Part shown: in pieces, positions 1 through 7,661 of the stretch
Layout of the letters: each line of letters opens with the position of its first letter
Numbering within the stretch: the first letter of the stretch is position 1
Assembly: GCA_964583845.1 (NCBI GenBank)
Contig: CAZOXG010000003.1
Coordinates: forward strand, 1-39,389
Origin: an uncultured Candidatus Saccharibacteria bacterium
GTDB lineage: Bacteria > Patescibacteriota > Minisyncoccia > Phycocordibacterales > GWA1-40-21
DNA: 39,389 nt
Direction: 5' to 3'
The notes under the pieces: model-generated
The model's input: the letters and a program-made list of their open reading frames with translations, nothing else
Database searches by the model: none
Told to the model about the DNA's origin: nothing
Program-made: the position numbers and the translations under genes

Positions 1-143
1 AAAAACAGATTTGTCTTTCTATTGGTACAACGGTTGGTAATTTATTAGAACAAAGATAATTATATTTTAAACAGAAATATAAAAAATAGTTCTACATTGT
101 GTTTTGATTAACTGTTAACTAGTTTTTTAAAGGTGTGATTACT

Positions 144-174
144 AAAATCCCGTCATGAAAGCGGCGGGTTTTTT
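144..174 (+). terminator. Intrinsic terminator of an upstream gene
   Basis: CCCGTC..GGCGGG stem followed by a T run. Confidence 0.55.
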
Positions 175-228
175 GTTTTGCATAATTTCGCGACTGCAAA
201 AAATATTTCTTATGTTATAATAATCTTC

Positions 229-1863
229 ATGAAAAAGTTCCTCATAATAGTTATTATTCTATTATTAATTATCTGTTCTTTTGGTTTATACGTTTTTTAT
301 TTTAATGCCGATATTTTAAATAAAATTCCTTATTTGAATGCTCTTACGAAAGTGGAATTAAAACCACTTATTCTAAAAGAAAGTGATATATCTAATCTTA
401 CAAAACCAGCCGTTGTTAGTATTTATCACCATCTAGAAGGTAAGATGTCTATTTCTTGCTTTGGTATCGATTGGGATAATTTGGAAATTGTATTTCACAA
501 AGACCATAAACCTATAGAGAAGAATATCGACGATTATGTTAGGGGTAGTGGTTATATAGTTAACAAAGATGGATATATTGTAACAAACGCCCACGTTGCT
601 TCAAATGATGTAGGCAAACAGTCCTTTGCAGCTACACTTATTTCTGTTGCTTTTAAAAGCGCTACCGTAGCTGACCTTACAAAGTTGAGTAAGGTTCTTG
701 CAAGTAGGGGAATCAAGGAGGTCGATCAGCGACAATTTGGAGAAGAATTAGGTAGAATTTGGATTAAAAAATTAACTGATAAAATTATTGATAACACCAC
801 CAACACTTTGGTGGTGTTAAATCCAAGATCAAACGGTGATAGACTTTCCGATTTGATTACAGCTGGTTTCCCCGCTAAACTGGTTTATGCTAATGGAGAT
901 TATCTAAATAATCAGAAAGATATAGCGATTTTGAAGATTAAAGAAGACGAGTTGCCAACAATTGGTTTGTCTGATTCTGATAGTTCAAAATCCGGGAGTA
1001 AAATTTATGTTTACGGTTTTCCGTCTTCTGGTCAGTTTAATTCTGGAGACATATTGGAACCGACTTTTACCAATGGAACGGTTAGTGGTTTAAAAGATTC
1101 TATCAATAAAGATTTTAAGACTATTCAAACTGAAGCTAAAGTTTCGCCAGGTTCAAGCGGTGGGCCATTATTTAATGATCAAGGGGAGGTTGCGGGTATG
1201 TTAACTTATGCTTCTACCGCCGCGGATGCTGGAGACGCCTTTGCGTTTGCTATTCCAATTTCTTTGGTTAAGAATGTATTAGATACCAATAATATAACCA
1301 TAGATGAAAATGAGAGTTATCATAGTATATTTAAAAATGGTTTATTATCACTTCAAAATAATCAATGCAGGAGTTCCATTAAAAGTTTTGAGTCATTAAA
1401 AAATTTTAATGAAGACTTCTTCGTAAAAAAGAATATTCAAACTTACATTGATGAATGTAATCAAATAATAACCTCTGGAAATTCTATTGATTCTACTCAA
1501 GATGTCCTTAGGTTAAAGCTTGGCAAACTCGGATTCTTGTTTTGGAGCTTGCTCGGTTTGGGAATTGTTATTGTTCTAGTGATTGTCTGGGTGTTTATAA
1601 AGATGGCTGGCCGAATAAAGAAAGATGAAGTATTGATGGATCATTTAGAAAATGATCATAATATGAATAATACTCAGGTAAACTATAATCCAGGAAATAA
1701 TCAAGTTTATCCGCAAAACAATTTCTTAAAACCAATCGATCCAAATCTATTAAACTATATTCATACCGCTCGAGCATCTGGTTTAAATAATGAAGCCATA
1801 ATAAACAATCTGAGAACGGTGGGTTGGAAGGAGGAAGACATTGTCAGAGCTGTAAATAGCTAA
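229..1863 (+). CDS. Membrane-anchored trypsin-like (S1/HtrA-type) serine protease without PDZ domain
   Basis: TNAHV, KDIAILKI and SPGSSGGP catalytic triad motifs; N-terminal and C-terminal TM helices; C-terminal LLNYI...GW...I motif. ATG 229 follows TGnTATAAT. Confidence 0.85.
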   Translation: MKKFLIIVIILLLIICSFGLYVFYFNADILNKIPYLNALTKVELKPLILKESDISNLTKPAVVSIYHHLEGKMSISCFGIDWDNLEIVFHKDHKPIEKNIDDYVRGSGYIVNKDGYIVTNAHVASNDVGKQSFAATLISVAFKSATVADLTKLSKVLASRGIKEVDQRQFGEELGRIWIKKLTDKIIDNTTNTLVVLNPRSNGDRLSDLITAGFPAKLVYANGDYLNNQKDIAILKIKEDELPTIGLSDSDSSKSGSKIYVYGFPSSGQFNSGDILEPTFTNGTVSGLKDSINKDFKTIQTEAKVSPGSSGGPLFNDQGEVAGMLTYASTAADAGDAFAFAIPISLVKNVLDTNNITIDENESYHSIFKNGLLSLQNNQCRSSIKSFESLKNFNEDFFVKKNIQTYIDECNQIITSGNSIDSTQDVLRLKLGKLGFLFWSLLGLGIVIVLVIVWVFIKMAGRIKKDEVLMDHLENDHNMNNTQVNYNPGNNQVYPQNNFLKPIDPNLLNYIHTARASGLNNEAIINNLRTVGWKEEDIVRAVNS

Positions 1864-1935
1864 ACAAAAAGCCGGGTCGCTACCCTAAATCAAATAATGA
1901 TTTGATCGGGTAAATGCGACCCGGCTTTTTGTTTA
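1861..1935. terminator. Long bidirectional terminator hairpin
   Basis: Perfect 20-bp arms TAAACAAAAAGCCGGGTCGC / GCGACCCGGCTTTTTGTTTA with a nested inner stem. Confidence 0.75.
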
Positions 1936-1960
1936 GCTTTCCACATGATATTATTTGTTC

Positions 1961-2761
1961 ATGAAAACTCTAGAAACTCTCTTAAAAGACTTGTTGACTG
2001 ATGAGGTTAACAAACTCCATGTCGTAGCAGATTTTGATGGCACTTTGACCAAGGAATACATTGATGGGAAAAAAGTTCAGTCGGTCATCTCTGTCTTACG
2101 TGATCATCCTGGATACTTGTCTCCCGAATATCAAAAGCAGGCCCATGCTTTGTTTGCTGAATATTTTCCTTATGAAAAAGACTCAACTCTACCTCTTGAA
2201 ACTCGCTTGGCCAAAATGCATGAATGGTGGACTAAGCATTTTGATCTTTTGATCAAGTCTGGTTTAAAGAAAGAACATATAGAACAAATCTGTGCTTCGG
2301 GAATAGTTCAGTTCCGTGACGGCGCCAAAGAATTTTTAAAACTAACTCACGATCTCGGTATCCCGGTTATTATTTTCTCGGCTTCTGGTTTAGGTGAGGC
2401 TGTTTCTATGTATTGCAAACAAGAAGGGGTGAATTTTGATAATATCCACTACTTAACTAATAGTTTTAAATGGAATGATCGGGGCGAGGCTATTGGAGTG
2501 ACAAAGCCAGTCATTCATTCGTTAAATAAAAATGAAACCCTGATTCATGAAGTGCCTGGTCTGTCAGAAATTCTTAAAGGTAGAAATAATGTTTTATTAC
2601 TCGGTAATAGTCCTGGTGATTTAGAGATGTCCAAAGGTAGCGAAGCTAAAAAAGTGGTGACTGTCGCATTTGTTGACCCCGAGGCAGGGGAGAGTGAGTG
2701 GAGTAAGGGGTTTGATGTGGTAGAGAAAGATTATATTAAGATAAATAATTACTTAAAATAA
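1961..2761 (+). CDS. HAD-family pyrimidine 5'-nucleotidase (cN-III/UMPH-1-like)
   Basis: VVADFDGTLT, MHEWW, IFSASG, IHSLNKN and LLLGNSPGDLEM motifs. Confidence 0.8.
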   Translation: MKTLETLLKDLLTDEVNKLHVVADFDGTLTKEYIDGKKVQSVISVLRDHPGYLSPEYQKQAHALFAEYFPYEKDSTLPLETRLAKMHEWWTKHFDLLIKSGLKKEHIEQICASGIVQFRDGAKEFLKLTHDLGIPVIIFSASGLGEAVSMYCKQEGVNFDNIHYLTNSFKWNDRGEAIGVTKPVIHSLNKNETLIHEVPGLSEILKGRNNVLLLGNSPGDLEMSKGSEAKKVVTVAFVDPEAGESEWSKGFDVVEKDYIKINNYLK

Positions 2762-2796
2762 AAAACAACCCCGCGAGCGAACTCATGGGGTGTTGT
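2757..2796. terminator. Bidirectional terminator, copy 1 of a repeat (copy 2 at 5839)
   Basis: AATAAAAAACAACCCCGCGAGCGAACTC, 28 bp identical to 5839-5866. Confidence 0.75.
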
Positions 2797-2809
2797 GTGT
2801 TGGTATTAT

Positions 2810-3289
2810 TCAGACGGGCATTTCTATCTGAGATAGCCCACAGGATTTAAGGACTTTTTCATAACCACAACCACAGGCAGCCTGAAAGGCTAGGTAGTAT
2901 CGGCATTTGGACCGGGTCATTCGAAAATGCAAATTTTCCCGTTCTTGTACCCATTGAGGTGCATTAAGTGGTTGCGTCTTACTGAATTTATCAGAAACAG
3001 TTTTGTCGCACTCTTTAATTGCCTCAGCGGAGCACCTTATCTCTTCTCTGAGGTAGAGCATTCGTTGTATTACTATAGCGTTTGCTTCCTCGAACTCCTT
3101 CCTATTTTTTATGTCCGGTGCTTCACCGTTTTTGGTTTTTGACCAGACGGCTTTAACTGGTATTATCCCGAAATATTCAAAGAATGTCTTGAGATTGCAG
3201 TGCGTTTTGTGTCTCGAAATCATGATTGCAATAGTAATGGTTACGAGAGAAGTGAGGGTGAAGACAATCAAGATTGATTCAGCTTTCAT
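2810..3289 (-). CDS. Hypothetical protein with N-terminal TM helix
   Basis: 159-aa ORF with an AGGAGG SD and a TGcTAATAT extended -10 upstream. Confidence 0.65.
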   Translation of the reverse strand: MKAESILIVFTLTSLVTITIAIMISRHKTHCNLKTFFEYFGIIPVKAVWSKTKNGEAPDIKNRKEFEEANAIVIQRMLYLREEIRCSAEAIKECDKTVSDKFSKTQPLNAPQWVQERENLHFRMTRSKCRYYLAFQAACGCGYEKVLKSCGLSQIEMPV

Positions 3290-3365
3290 GGACTCCTCCT
3301 GTGTTTATTGTCTAGAGATCTAGCTCGGACTATATTAGCATAACAGAATTCTTTTTGGAACAATT

Positions 3366-3493
3366 TTATTTTTTTGTCGCTATTATCACCGTATTATACC
3401 CAAACAAAAAGTTGGTTCGTCTTCCACGAGTATTATAGTAAGCGTCTTCAACTGCAAAACCTGCTTGTTTTAATAGTCGGCGGAGTTCGTGTT
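3366..3493 (-). pseudogene. Displaced 3' fragment of the methyltransferase gene (homologous to 6798-6925)
   Basis: Reads HELRRLLKQAGFAVEDAYYNTRGRRTNFLFGYNTVIIATKK*; 33/41 aa and 104/128 nt identical, no indels. Confidence 0.9.
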
Positions 3494-3504
3494 ATAATTC
3501 AAAA

Positions 3505-5301
3505 ATGAAATCTGATTCTAAAGAGATAATGCCTAAGTTTAGTTGGTGGAATTTGGTCCAAGCATTTTACTATTTATTAGACGATAAACGGGCCAAGTAC
3601 CTGACGTACACGGTAATTTTGATTGTAGTGTTGTTTTACGATTTACTCCCAGTTTTAATTGTGGGGTGGATAGTAGATTTCTTTACCCACTACACTTCAG
3701 GAGATTCTTTAAACACTTTTTATTTTTATATCGCCATCTTGAGTTTGAGTTGGGGGATAGTTTCACTTATACGACTTAATGTTAAAAAGGATCTTTCAAC
3801 TATTCAACACAATGTGTCGTATTTCACCAAAGTACGAGGTTTTGAAAGACTCCTGGAGTTTTCACTAGGTTGGCACGATAAAGATAATACCGGAAATAAA
3901 GTTCAGCGAATCCAAACTGGCGTTGAGACCTTGAAGCAAGTGCAGATACTGTTATCTCAGGATTTATTGGTCCATCTTGCTGGAGCGATGGGTGTCTTGA
4001 TAGCGTTTGCTTATTTAAATATATACTTTTTTATAATTAGTTTAGTGTACTTGCTGATTGTGGTTATTATTCAAACCAGTTTTTATCGGCGTATGGTTGA
4101 GATGAATAATCTTGGAAACGTTCTAACCGAGAAGGCTGGCGGAACTTATTTTGAGGGGTTGAATAATATATTGACCATTAAAACTCTTGGAGTAAAGGAT
4201 TCTTTTAAGAAGGGCGTTGTCTCACGTGAGGAAATATCAAGAGATTTTAGTATTAAGAAGGTCAAGTTGTGGAATGATAAGTGGAAATTTTTCCAGGTTG
4301 TGAACGCTATCTTCGTTGCCCTAATTCTGTATTCCATTGGTCAAGGTTTTCTTGCAGGGGTTATCAGCCTCGGTTCTATCTATGTTTATTATACTTATTT
4401 TCAGAAATTTAGTTCGTCGGTTCAGAGTTCTACCGGTGGTTTTGAAAAGTTGGTAGAGGCAAAAGTTGCCATTGGAAGAATGATGCCGATTTTCTGGGAC
4501 GAAATATACACCGGGTTTGGAAAATCAGGATTTCCAAAAACTTGGAAATATATAAATATCAAAGGGGTTAATTTTGATTACAAAAACAAGACTGACGAAA
4601 TTGATAATCCTGAGAATATGACCGGTATTAAGAATTTATCGTTAAAAATAAAGAAGAATGAAAAGATTGGAGTGGTCGGCAAATCCGGAAGTGGAAAGTC
4701 AACCCTGGCAAAAATATTTCTAGGTCTTTATAAGATTGATAGTGGAAAAATTAAAATTGACGAGACTAATTTTTACGATATTAAACATGAAGAAATAACC
4801 AAGCATATTACTTTAGTTTTGCAGGATTCCGAGATGTTTAATTTGTCATTGAAGGAAAATATTACTTTAATGCGTGAATTTGATGCCAAATTATTTGAAA
4901 AAGCTATATCAGTGGCTCAACTTAAAGATTTGATGGACAAGTTGCCTGATGGTTTAGAGACAAAAATTGGAGAAAAAGGCTATCGTTTATCGGGTGGGGA
5001 GCGACAGCGCATTGGATTGGCTAGAGCAATATACAAAGACACTCAGATACTTATTTTGGACGAAGCAACCTCCTCTCTAGATAGTGGAACTGAGACACTG
5101 ATTCAGCAAGCCCTTGAAGAAAATTTGGATAAGAAAACTGTGATCAGTATTGCTCATCGTGTTTCTACTTTGAAAAACACCGATAGAATTATTGTTTTTG
5201 AAAATGGTAGTGTAATTGAGGAAGGGGATTATCAAGTTTTGTCGAACGATGAAAATTCTAAATTTTTTGAGATTTATAAACAACAAAGTGAAAAAATATG
5301 A
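3505..5301 (+). CDS. ABC transporter, fused permease/ATPase (exporter)
   Basis: N-terminal TM domain; GKSGSGKST, LSGGERQR, ILILDEATS and H-loop IAHR. Confidence 0.92.
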   Translation: MKSDSKEIMPKFSWWNLVQAFYYLLDDKRAKYLTYTVILIVVLFYDLLPVLIVGWIVDFFTHYTSGDSLNTFYFYIAILSLSWGIVSLIRLNVKKDLSTIQHNVSYFTKVRGFERLLEFSLGWHDKDNTGNKVQRIQTGVETLKQVQILLSQDLLVHLAGAMGVLIAFAYLNIYFFIISLVYLLIVVIIQTSFYRRMVEMNNLGNVLTEKAGGTYFEGLNNILTIKTLGVKDSFKKGVVSREEISRDFSIKKVKLWNDKWKFFQVVNAIFVALILYSIGQGFLAGVISLGSIYVYYTYFQKFSSSVQSSTGGFEKLVEAKVAIGRMMPIFWDEIYTGFGKSGFPKTWKYINIKGVNFDYKNKTDEIDNPENMTGIKNLSLKIKKNEKIGVVGKSGSGKSTLAKIFLGLYKIDSGKIKIDETNFYDIKHEEITKHITLVLQDSEMFNLSLKENITLMREFDAKLFEKAISVAQLKDLMDKLPDGLETKIGEKGYRLSGGERQRIGLARAIYKDTQILILDEATSSLDSGTETLIQQALEENLDKKTVISIAHRVSTLKNTDRIIVFENGSVIEEGDYQVLSNDENSKFFEIYKQQSEKI

Positions 5302-5840
5302 ATAATATAGAACAAAAAAATATGGAAAAAGAAAAAAATGAGTTAATAATAGAAGCTTTTTCTATTGAGGATACTTTTGAAATACAAAGAATTATACAGG
5401 AGGCTTCTAGAAGTGTGTATGTTCAGGGAGGAAAAACTCAAGAGGAAATAGAAAAAGAGGTGACCTCGGCATTATCTGAGGAAAATATTAAGAAAGTTAG
5501 AGAAAGTCTCTCAACTCTGACTGAGAATGAAAAAATAGTTGTTGCCAAGGTTGACGGTAAGATTGCTGGATTTGTCTATATTGAAAAAGGAGAAGAAAAA
5601 AATATACTACAAGCCGCGTTTGTTTTGCCACAGTTTCAGGGTAAAGGAATTGCCACAAAGCTCTGGAATAACGTTAAAGATTTCTTGAATCCAAAAGTTG
5701 ATACTTATCTGGATGTTATTTCTAGTAATACTAATGCAATCAATTTTTATAAAAAAATAGGTTTCGTGGAAACTGGGGAGGTTTCTGCCGGTAGATTATT
5801 ACCTGAAATGAAGATGGTTTTAAAGAGTCAAGACTTATAA
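5298..5840 (+). CDS. GNAT N-acetyltransferase
   Basis: VLPQFQGKGIA and NTNAINFYKKIGF motifs; ATGA overlap with the ABC gene. Confidence 0.85.
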   Translation: MNNIEQKNMEKEKNELIIEAFSIEDTFEIQRIIQEASRSVYVQGGKTQEEIEKEVTSALSEENIKKVRESLSTLTENEKIVVAKVDGKIAGFVYIEKGEEKNILQAAFVLPQFQGKGIATKLWNNVKDFLNPKVDTYLDVISSNTNAINFYKKIGFVETGEVSAGRLLPEMKMVLKSQDL

Positions 5841-5876
5841 TAAAAAACAACCCCGCGAGCGAACTCGCGGGGTTTT
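5839..5876. terminator. Bidirectional terminator, copy 2 of the repeat
   Basis: AACCCCGCGAG-CGAA-CTCGCGGGGTT hairpin between convergent genes. Confidence 0.8.
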
Positions 5877-6306
5877 AGTTTTCCAGTTTTTTGGGATCAT
5901 AAGTTCCAGAATACCGGAAGCCTTTGGTAGTGTCTATCTTGAACGAGGTGGTGAAAGTATCGGCATAATCTTGAATCTGCGTAAGACCAGCTCCACAATT
6001 CACACCGTTACCTTTGAGTCGAGACTTCTCTGAGCGGATGATTTCCTCAAAGTCATAACCTCCTGTACCCTCATCCCAGATTTCAAAAAGATAAGTTTCA
6101 TCATCCTGGGGAGTAATGGTGAGACTACCTCGACCATTGGCATGATCATAAATATTCTTAGCGATTTCCACCAAGAGGGAATTAATACCCATGCCATAGT
6201 GGTCTACATACTCCATAACTCGGTAGTGAATTTCGCGAAGAAAAACTGACCGTTTAACATCTGTCCCGGTAAAAATCATCATCAAAGGTTCTCTTTGGTT
6301 TGTCAT
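5875..6306 (-). CDS. Stand-alone GHKL/HATPase_c protein (RsbW-like)
   Basis: N-box EIAKNIYDHA, G1 box WDEGTG, G2 box GAGL; AGGAGG SD. Confidence 0.7.
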   Translation of the reverse strand: MTNQREPLMMIFTGTDVKRSVFLREIHYRVMEYVDHYGMGINSLLVEIAKNIYDHANGRGSLTITPQDDETYLFEIWDEGTGGYDFEEIIRSEKSRLKGNGVNCGAGLTQIQDYADTFTTSFKIDTTKGFRYSGTYDPKKLEN

Positions 6307-6456
6307 AAAGACCTCCTGGTTAAAGTTGGTTTTTCTAGATTCACCTTAGCACAAGGATTTAAAAAGTAAAACTTTAATATCCAAGTTGTTTTTTTGTGAT
6401 AATCTGTTATATTGAAAAAAGAAAAGTTTCTTCACCAAAAACAGAAGGGGGTCTTC

Positions 6457-6744
6457 ATGAAATCAATCAGAATCACCAGTATACCCAATGGACAAGCGCC
6501 TGAATGGGTCAAGAATGAGTGGATTGGAATCACTATCCCGATACTTCCACCTGTTCGTGGAGTTGCGCTCGGAGTTGTAACTGGAGCAATTGTGTCGAGC
6601 CAATCGAGCTATCAGGTCAGCACTGTCCAAGCCCTCGATTTACTTCGTAAGAAAAATCGTTACGCGGCCGAGTGGTTTGAGCAAAACGCCGTCCTTGCAG
6701 ACCGTTTCTGTTTTGCGGCAACTTGCTGCGAGTTGGTCGAATAA
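6457..6744 (+). CDS. Hypothetical protein
   Basis: 95-aa ORF from ATG 6457 after a GAAGGGGG RBS; terminator follows. Confidence 0.65.
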   Translation: MKSIRITSIPNGQAPEWVKNEWIGITIPILPPVRGVALGVVTGAIVSSQSSYQVSTVQALDLLRKKNRYAAEWFEQNAVLADRFCFAATCCELVE

Positions 6745-6765
6745 GATTTATCGGAAACTCCAACC

Positions 6766-6798
6766 AAAAACGCCAAACCTCTAGTGTTTGGTGTTTTT
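6766..6798. terminator. Bidirectional terminator
   Basis: AAAAACGCCAAAC...GTTTGGTGTTTTT. Confidence 0.65.
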
Positions 6799-7652
6799 TA
6801 TTTTTTTGTTGCCACCACTACCGTATTATATCCCCACAAAAAGTTGGTTCGTTTTCCTCGGGTATCATAGTAAATATCCTCAATGGTAAAACCAGCTTGT
6901 TTTAACAAACGGCGGAGTTCGTGTTTGGTAAAGGAGTGCACGTAGCGCATGTCAGTCTGGTTAAGGGGTTTCCAGGGAATGAGAGCGTCAAAGATGCTGG
7001 TAAGGCCGGCTTGTTTTTTAGCTTTAAAATTCAAAAGATTTTTCCAGTAGCGATGGCGATAATTCCAAGACCAAAGGTGCCAGTTATACATGACAAATTT
7101 TCCTCCTGGTTTCAAAAGTTTGTAAACAGATTGTAGGGCTTTAAGACGAAGTTCTTCTGTAGGTAAGTGATGGAGAACGGCGATCATAATAATCAGGTCA
7201 AATTCGCCGGTGGTTTTTAGATTTGTGACGTCGTCGACAGCGAAGGAGATTTTGGAGGCGGTGTTATTTTCTTTGTCTTTCTCTTCTCTGTCATCCTCGC
7301 GAATGCGGGGATCCATCTTTTGTATTAAGACTGATTCTGAGTCCTGGATTCCTGCTTGCGCAGGAATGACAGAAGGGGACAAACCCGCGTATCTACTTTT
7401 AGCGATTTTGATAAGTTCCTCACTATTATCCACCCCTAAATACTCTGCGTTTTTATTTTTAAATAATTCTGCCAAGCGGCCATTGCCACAGCCGACATCT
7501 AAAACTTTGCCACCCTCTGGTAAGTAGTCAGATAACTTCTCCAATCCGGTCCACCACTTGTTACGAGTATTAGAAAAGTCACTAGCAATCGCGTTGTAAA
7601 TCGCTTTGGTTTGATGTAGTATTTGGTTGACTTGATCGGTGGTAGGCTTCAT
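6798..7652 (-). CDS. Class I SAM methyltransferase, Trm9/ALKBH8-like
   Basis: YNAIASDFSNTR, VLDVGCGNGR, IAVLHHL and RYVHSFTKHEL motifs; contains an in-frame repeat insertion. Confidence 0.8.
   Translation of the reverse strand: MKPTTDQVNQILHQTKAIYNAIASDFSNTRNKWWTGLEKLSDYLPEGGKVLDVGCGNGRLAELFKNKNAEYLGVDNSEELIKIAKSRYAGLSPSVIPAQAGIQDSESVLIQKMDPRIREDDREEKDKENNTASKISFAVDDVTNLKTTGEFDLIIMIAVLHHLPTEELRLKALQSVYKLLKPGGKFVMYNWHLWSWNYRHRYWKNLLNFKAKKQAGLTSIFDALIPWKPLNQTDMRYVHSFTKHELRRLLKQAGFTIEDIYYDTRGKRTNFLWGYNTVVVATKK
7290..7370. repeat. GTCAT-type palindromic (REP/RPE-like) element inserted in frame
   Basis: GTCATCCTCGCGAATGCGGGGATCCA...TGGATTCCTGCTTGCGCAGGAATGAC; 81 bp; encodes VIPAQAGIQ...MDPRIREDD. 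Confidence 0.85.
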
Positions 7653-7661
7653 TTTAGATAT

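Noticed and set aside
1-59. 3' end of an upstream CDS
   Set aside because: Too short to determine frame or product
178-228. Upstream ORF-track starts (178, 1955, 6412, 7623, 10955, 24249, 26409, 27368, 35139)
   Set aside because: They run through promoters, IS ends, repeats or neighbouring genes; downstream ATGs fit the motifs and -10 positions better
3366-6925. DGR template/variable repeat pair
   Set aside because: Mismatches are not confined to adenines, many are synonymous, and no reverse transcriptase is present
7210-7527. Antisense and alternate-frame ORFs overlapping real genes throughout the window
   Set aside because: Shadow ORFs with no independent start signals or motifs
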